This document shows positions 25,801 through 30,155 of a stretch of 30,155 nt of DNA, in pieces. The stretch covers positions 1-30,155 of the forward strand of contig JBBCKI010000061.1 of assembly GCA_037190965.1 (NCBI GenBank), given 5' to 3'. Position 1 is the stretch's first letter. Each line of letters opens with the position of its first letter. The notes beneath the pieces are model-generated. The model was not told the DNA's origin. It saw only the letters and a program-made list of their open reading frames with translations, and made no database searches. A program made the translations under genes and the position numbers. Source of the DNA: Chthoniobacteraceae bacterium (GTDB taxonomy: Bacteria > Verrucomicrobiota > Verrucomicrobiia > Chthoniobacterales > Chthoniobacteraceae).

Positions 25801-26133
25801 TCACGACGAAAGAATCCGGCGCAGGGATTCGAGTTCACTGGTCACTTCCGAAGCGTCGTCGACGGTTTGGGCAATTTCCTCGCGCAACACTTGGCGATAA
25901 CGTTGCCGCAGCCTGTGAACCGCCACGCGAACGACTTCCTCGGTAGTACCAAGCCGGTTCGCTAGCGTTGCATAAGGGACGGCGCTTTTATCCCCGGTAA
26001 TGGCAAACCGCAGTTCCGAGAACAACGCTCCGCGCCCCGATTTCTCGTACTCATGGCAAAGCCGTTGTACGACATTTTCCAGCAACGTGAGCGCCCATTG
26101 CCGTTCAAAGAGACGTTCCGGGCTGAGGGCCAA
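25801..26133 (-). pseudogene. C-terminal (region 4) half of an ECF sigma-70 factor
   Basis: SPERLFERQWALTLLENVVQRL..YATLANRLGTTEEVVRVAVHRLRQRYRQVLREEIAQTV..ELESLRRILSS is a sigma-4 HTH of the kinase-associated ECF type. No region 2 is present upstream, where the DNA encodes the kinase tail in another frame. Confidence 0.8.
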
Positions 26134-27916
26134 AGATGGCGTCTTTAATAACAGGCGCCGTGAGGAGTCTCCCATCAAAGAGAACCGCAAGCCTGCGTTC
26201 CTTGTTGGCATCGGTGAGCATTCCGAATTTTCGCATCCCATCCACGGTGAACCTTATTTGGATGATACGGTCGCCGTCAGAACGGCCTTCCAGTGAAGCC
26301 GAGGCGACGTCACCTTCGTTGATCATCACCTTTTTGGCTACCCGGATTTCATGGCCGCTTTGATCCACGAAGGTCTCCGCATCCTTGTCATCCTGACTTG
26401 CCTCCAGACGGAACTGAAGGCGGGGATTCTTGATGCGGCTCTCCGGAAAAGGTAGAGGTTTGCCTGCGAGGACTTCAGGGGAGTTGATGCCGAAAGCCTT
26501 GTAGGCATCGGCGATGACACGGGTCTGGGATTTGTCCACGCCCGTCGCATTGGTGATGGTAATGGGCGTCGGTAGATGATTTTTCGCCTGTTCGACGGCG
26601 AGCTTGTTCAGCCTCCCAAGCAAGCCATCGAGATCATACTCTTCGCTATTCACCGAGAAGAGACCGCCGGGCCAGGCTTTGATGACGATGGGAGTTTTGT
26701 ACTCGGTGGGTAATTCATCGATATTCAATTTCGCCAACTCCTCGACGGTCTTGTTCGCTTCTGTTCGCACCTTCTCTTGGGACATTCGGATTTTGCCATA
26801 ACTCAGGAAGAGCAAAACGATTATTCCAAGAAAGGTGAGCAACACGCCCCCAATTACAAACGCGAGGATGGTCATCGTGCGGGAAAGACGCGACCTGTCT
26901 CCCGGCTTCCCGCTTGAGATCGCCGGTTTTGCCGCGTCACCCGTAATTGTTTCCAGCCGCGTCTTCACTTCATGCACTTGCTGATAGCGATGCTCCGGGT
27001 TCTCCTCAAGGGCGCGCAGTACCACCTCATCAAGGCGTACGTCGATCTGGACCTTCTTCGAAGGCAACTCGATACGCTTGCCGGGCAGTTCCCCGGTCAG
27101 CATTTGATAAAACACCACGCCGAGCGAGTAGATGTCGGCCCGGTGGTCCACTTCCAAAGGATGCGAAGCCTGCTCCGGTGCCATATACCGGGGCGTGCCG
27201 AGCACCCGCCCGATGCCCGTCATCTCCGGTCCCGAAGCGGGAGTCTCGCCCGAAGCCGACTCTCCCCTCTCTCCTCCGACGATCTTCGCCACGCCGAAGT
27301 CCGCGATCTTCACCCGGCCGTCTTTGCCGAGGAGAATATTCTCCGGCTTGATGTCCCGGTGGACAATCCCCCGGTCGTGCGCGAACTGAAGCGCCTCGCA
27401 GATTTGCGGCACGATGGCCAACGCTTCGCCGGGAGAGATGCGCCCGCCGTTGAGCAATTGTCGCAAGTTCACGCCATCCACGTACTCCATGAAGAAGTAG
27501 AAGAGCCCGTCGGCCTGGCCGAAATCATAAAGCGTGACGATGTGGGGATGGTTGAGCTTGGCCAAGGCGCGGGCTTCGCGCGTAAACCGCTCCGCAAACG
27601 CCGGATCGTGGCCGATGTCGGGCGGCAGGATCTTCAGCGCGACAACGCGGTCGAGCTCCTTCTGGCGCGCCTTGTAAACCGCCCCCATCCCCCCGCGCCC
27701 CAACAGTTCAAGGATTTCCAGTTGCGGGAAATAGCGGGCGAGTTCCTCCGGCGACGGCGGTACAAATCCGCTGGCGCGTTCCCCCGGAAGCGCGTCCTCC
27801 GTCGCCGTGGCGAACCCGGCGCGAAGAAGGCAGTCCGGACAAAGCCCCATGAGAGGGGCATTTTAGGTCAACGGTTTACCGCAGTGGGGGCAAAGGGGAG
27901 TTTCCGGATTCATCAT
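26105..27916 (-). pseudogene. Hanks-type Ser/Thr protein kinase (Zn ribbon - kinase - TM - ExbD-like - SecD P1-head-like), disrupted; 26105..27850 remains open
   Basis: Motifs LGRGGMGAVY, VALK, HRDIKPEN, DFG, GTPRYMAPEQ, ADIYSLG and one TM helix. The upstream in-frame MMNPETPLCPHCGKPLT*NAPLMGLCPDC has TAA at 27865..27863. The C-terminus ends abruptly in the sigma fragment. Confidence 0.8.
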
Positions 27917-28001
27917 TCCACCTGTATCAGAGGAGCCACAGGCGGAATGTTAACGGATTGCGCCACCGAATCCAAAAAAGAAGGCGCAACCGCCGAATGC
28001 T

Positions 28002-28156
28002 GCAGGTAGTCCGCTCGCGCCGCGAGCGCGGGTATCGACTCACTTGGTTGCATGAAGGCCGCATCCCAACATCAGCAGCCCGTCCTGCGGGGATGGATGT
28101 CAAACGCGACTCGCAAACCCATCCCGCGCTCGACGGCGCGAGCGGGCTACCTTGCC
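28002..28156. repeat. GTAG-type REPIN/MITE-like element, family B, copy 2 (core inverted relative to copy 1)
   Basis: Arms AGGTAGTCCGCTCGCGCC / GGCGCGAGCGGGCTACCT. Core GCAGCCCGTCCTGCGGGGA (28075..28093) is the exact reverse complement of 25672..25690. Confidence 0.88.
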
Positions 28157-28180
28157 GCTCACGCCCCCGCCTAAACCCGT

Positions 28181-30155
28181 CTATGAATGCACAGGCGTTT
28201 CTTCTTTGTGTTTCTCTCCCACTTCCGACGCTCGCTTCACCCGGAAGAGTTGCAGGATCGCCACGAAGAAGAGCGGCACGAACAGGATGCCGAGGAATGT
28301 CGAGGAGAGCGTCCCGCCGATCACCCCGGTGCCAATCGCGTTCTGCCCGCCGGAGCCTGCCCCGGTGGCGATCGCCAGCGGCACCACGCCGAGCGCGAAG
28401 GCGAAGGAGGTCATCAGAATGGGGCGCAGGCGCTGGTGGGCCGCTTTGGCGGCGGCTTCGACCAGGCTCATTCCCTCCTCGTAGTTCGCCTTGGCAAACT
28501 CCACGATCAGAATGGCGTTCTTGGCGGCCAGCCCGACGGTCGTCAACAGACCGACCTGCAAGAAGACGTCGTTGGAAAGCCCGCGCATCGACGTGGCCGC
28601 CAATGCGCCCAGAATGCCAAGCGGCACCGACAGCAACACGGCCGTCGGGATCGACCAGCTTTCGTACAACGCCGCCAGACAAAGGAAAACGACAATGAGG
28701 GAGACGGCGTAAAGCGGCCCGGTTTGCGCGCCTGCGGCGCGCTCCTCGTAGGAAAGCCCGCCCCATTCGTAGCCAACCCCCGGCGGGAGGCCTTCAGCGA
28801 TTTTTTCCATCGCCTGCATGGCCGCGCCGCTACTCAGCCCCAAGGCGGGCTCGCCCATGATTTGTCGGGAAGGCCGCCCGTTATACCGCTCCAGACGCGG
28901 GGATCCGTAGATCCATTTCCCCGAGGCGAATGCCGAGAACGGAACCATCTGCCCCTTGTTGTTGCGGATATACCAATCGTTGAGATCGTCGGGATTCATC
29001 CGCGAAGCCGATTGCCCCTGAAGAAGGACACGCTTGACGCGGCCCCGATCGATAAAGTCGTTCACGTACGAAGAACCCCAGGCCGAGGAGAGCGTCGAGT
29101 TGATGTCGGCGATCTTCAGCCCGAGAGCGGCGGCTTTTTCGCGGTCGATCTCGATGTGGTACTGCGGTTCGTCGTTCAAGCCGTTGGCGCGCACCGCTCT
29201 CAACGCCGGGTTCTTTGCCGCCTGGGCGAGCACCTCGTCACGCGCCTCCATCAGTTTTTCGTGGCCGACGTTGCCGATATCGACCAGTTGGAAGTCGAAA
29301 CCCGTGGCGTTGCCCAATTCCGGCACCGCGGGCGGGGCGAACGAGAAGGCCAGGGCGTCGCGGATTTTGGAGAACCGGGCCATCGCTCGCCCGGCAATGG
29401 CCTGGACGCGGTTTTCCTTTCCGGGGCGTTCCTTCCAGTCCTTCAACCGGATGAAGGCGAGCCCCGCGTTCTGGCCACGGCCCGCAAAGCTGAACCCCGC
29501 TACGGTGAAGACCGCTTCCACGTTGTCCTTCTCCTCCGTAAGCAGATACTCGCGAAGCTCCTTGAGCACGGCGACGGTGCGGTCCCGCGTCGCCCCGGGG
29601 GGCGTCGTCGCCATGGCGTAGAGAACGCCCTGATCTTCGTCCGGCAGGAACGAGGTGGGGATGCGGTTAAAGAGAATCACCATCCCGCCGATGAGGAGCA
29701 GGAAAATCAACCCATATCGCTTCCCACGGGCGAGAATATGGCGCACGCTTCCCTCGTAACCACGGGCCGTGGCGTTGAAGGTGCGGTTGAACCAGCCGAA
29801 GAACCCGGTCTTCTTCTCGTGATGTCCTTTTTTGACCGGCTTGAGCAGGGTGGCGCAAAGGGATGGCGTAAAAATGAGCGCCACTACTACGGAGAGGGTC
29901 ATCGCGGAGACAATCGTGATCGAGAACTGCCGGTAGATCACCCCCGTGGAACCGCCAAAGAAGGCCATCGGCACGAAAACGGCGGAAAGCACAAGCCCGA
30001 TGCCGACGAGCGCGCCGGTGATCTGCTCCATCGACTTGCGTGTGGCTTCCCTGGGAGAAAGCCCCTCCTCTGCCATGACGCGTTCGACGTTTTCGACGAC
30101 GACGATGGCGTCGTCCACCAGAAGGCCGATGGCCAGCACCATGGCAAACATGGTC
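28181..30155 (-). CDS. acrB: RND efflux transporter permease, HAE1 (AcrB/MexB) family, 5'-truncated by the window edge
   Basis: TM4 [57 protein letters not shown] and RLRPILMTS (proton-relay residues D-D, K, T). Confidence 0.95.
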   Translation of the reverse strand, partial: TMFAMVLAIGLLVDDAIVVVENVERVMAEEGLSPREATRKSMEQITGALVGIGLVLSAVFVPMAFFGGSTGVIYRQFSITIVSAMTLSVVVALIFTPSLCATLLKPVKKGHHEKKTGFFGWFNRTFNATARGYEGSVRHILARGKRYGLIFLLLIGGMVILFNRIPTSFLPDEDQGVLYAMATTPPGATRDRTVAVLKELREYLLTEEKDNVEAVFTVAGFSFAGRGQNAGLAFIRLKDWKERPGKENRVQAIAGRAMARFSKIRDALAFSFAPPAVPELGNATGFDFQLVDIGNVGHEKLMEARDEVLAQAAKNPALRAVRANGLNDEPQYHIEIDREKAAALGLKIADINSTLSSAWGSSYVNDFIDRGRVKRVLLQGQSASRMNPDDLNDWYIRNNKGQMVPFSAFASGKWIYGSPRLERYNGRPSRQIMGEPALGLSSGAAMQAMEKIAEGLPPGVGYEWGGLSYEERAAGAQTGPLYAVSLIVVFLCLAALYESWSIPTAVLLSVPLGILGALAATSMRGLSNDVFLQVGLLTTVGLAAKNAILIVEFAKANYEEGMSLVEAAAKAAHQRLRPILMTSFAFALGVVPLAIATGAGSGGQNAIGTGVIGGTLSSTFLGILFVPLFFVAILQLFRVKRASEVGEKHKEETPVHS

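Noticed and set aside
26134..26241. N-terminal part of the 146-aa ORF read as a full sigma factor
   Set aside because: These codons are an alternative frame of the kinase SecD-like domain, and no sigma region 2 is present.
129..28156. Palindromic repeats as a possible CRISPR array
   Set aside because: There are only two dispersed copies per family, no regular repeat-spacer periodicity, and no cas genes.

Overview
GC-rich bacterial DNA. The gene families (Zn-ribbon Ser/Thr kinase with an ECF sigma, DUF4159/BatA/MoxR module) suggest a PVC-group organism such as Verrucomicrobia; this is an inference. Almost all genes are on the minus strand. From left to right: (i) the left end of an IS1182-like element inserted into a REP-type palindrome; (ii) a redox/detoxification cluster (tautomerase, Ohr, isochorismatase remnant, nitronate monooxygenase, Zn-ADH, DUF302) lying between two inverted copies of a ~105-bp repeat; (iii) a LysR gene divergent from a three-gene operon (sterol desaturase/fatty-acid hydroxylase, small membrane protein, HTTM-like + DCC1 thiol-disulfide fusion); (iv) a tightly coupled 17.6-kb, 10-gene operon joining a MoxR AAA+/DUF58/BatA-vWA/vWA-GATase-like core to exported glycan-binding-type proteins (PA14-PKD-TPR, G8/beta-helix, DNRLRE, beta-propeller, tandem DUF4159) and a 1218-aa membrane-anchored coiled-coil protein, which is the best candidate for an uncharacterised system; (v) a damaged Ser/Thr kinase gene (in-frame stop in its N-terminal Zn ribbon; ExbD-like and SecD-P1-like extracytoplasmic domains) running out of frame into the C-terminal half of an ECF sigma factor, flanked by two GTAG-type REPINs; (vi) the 3' part of an AcrB-family RND transporter. 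All domain calls come from visual motif recognition, not database searches.
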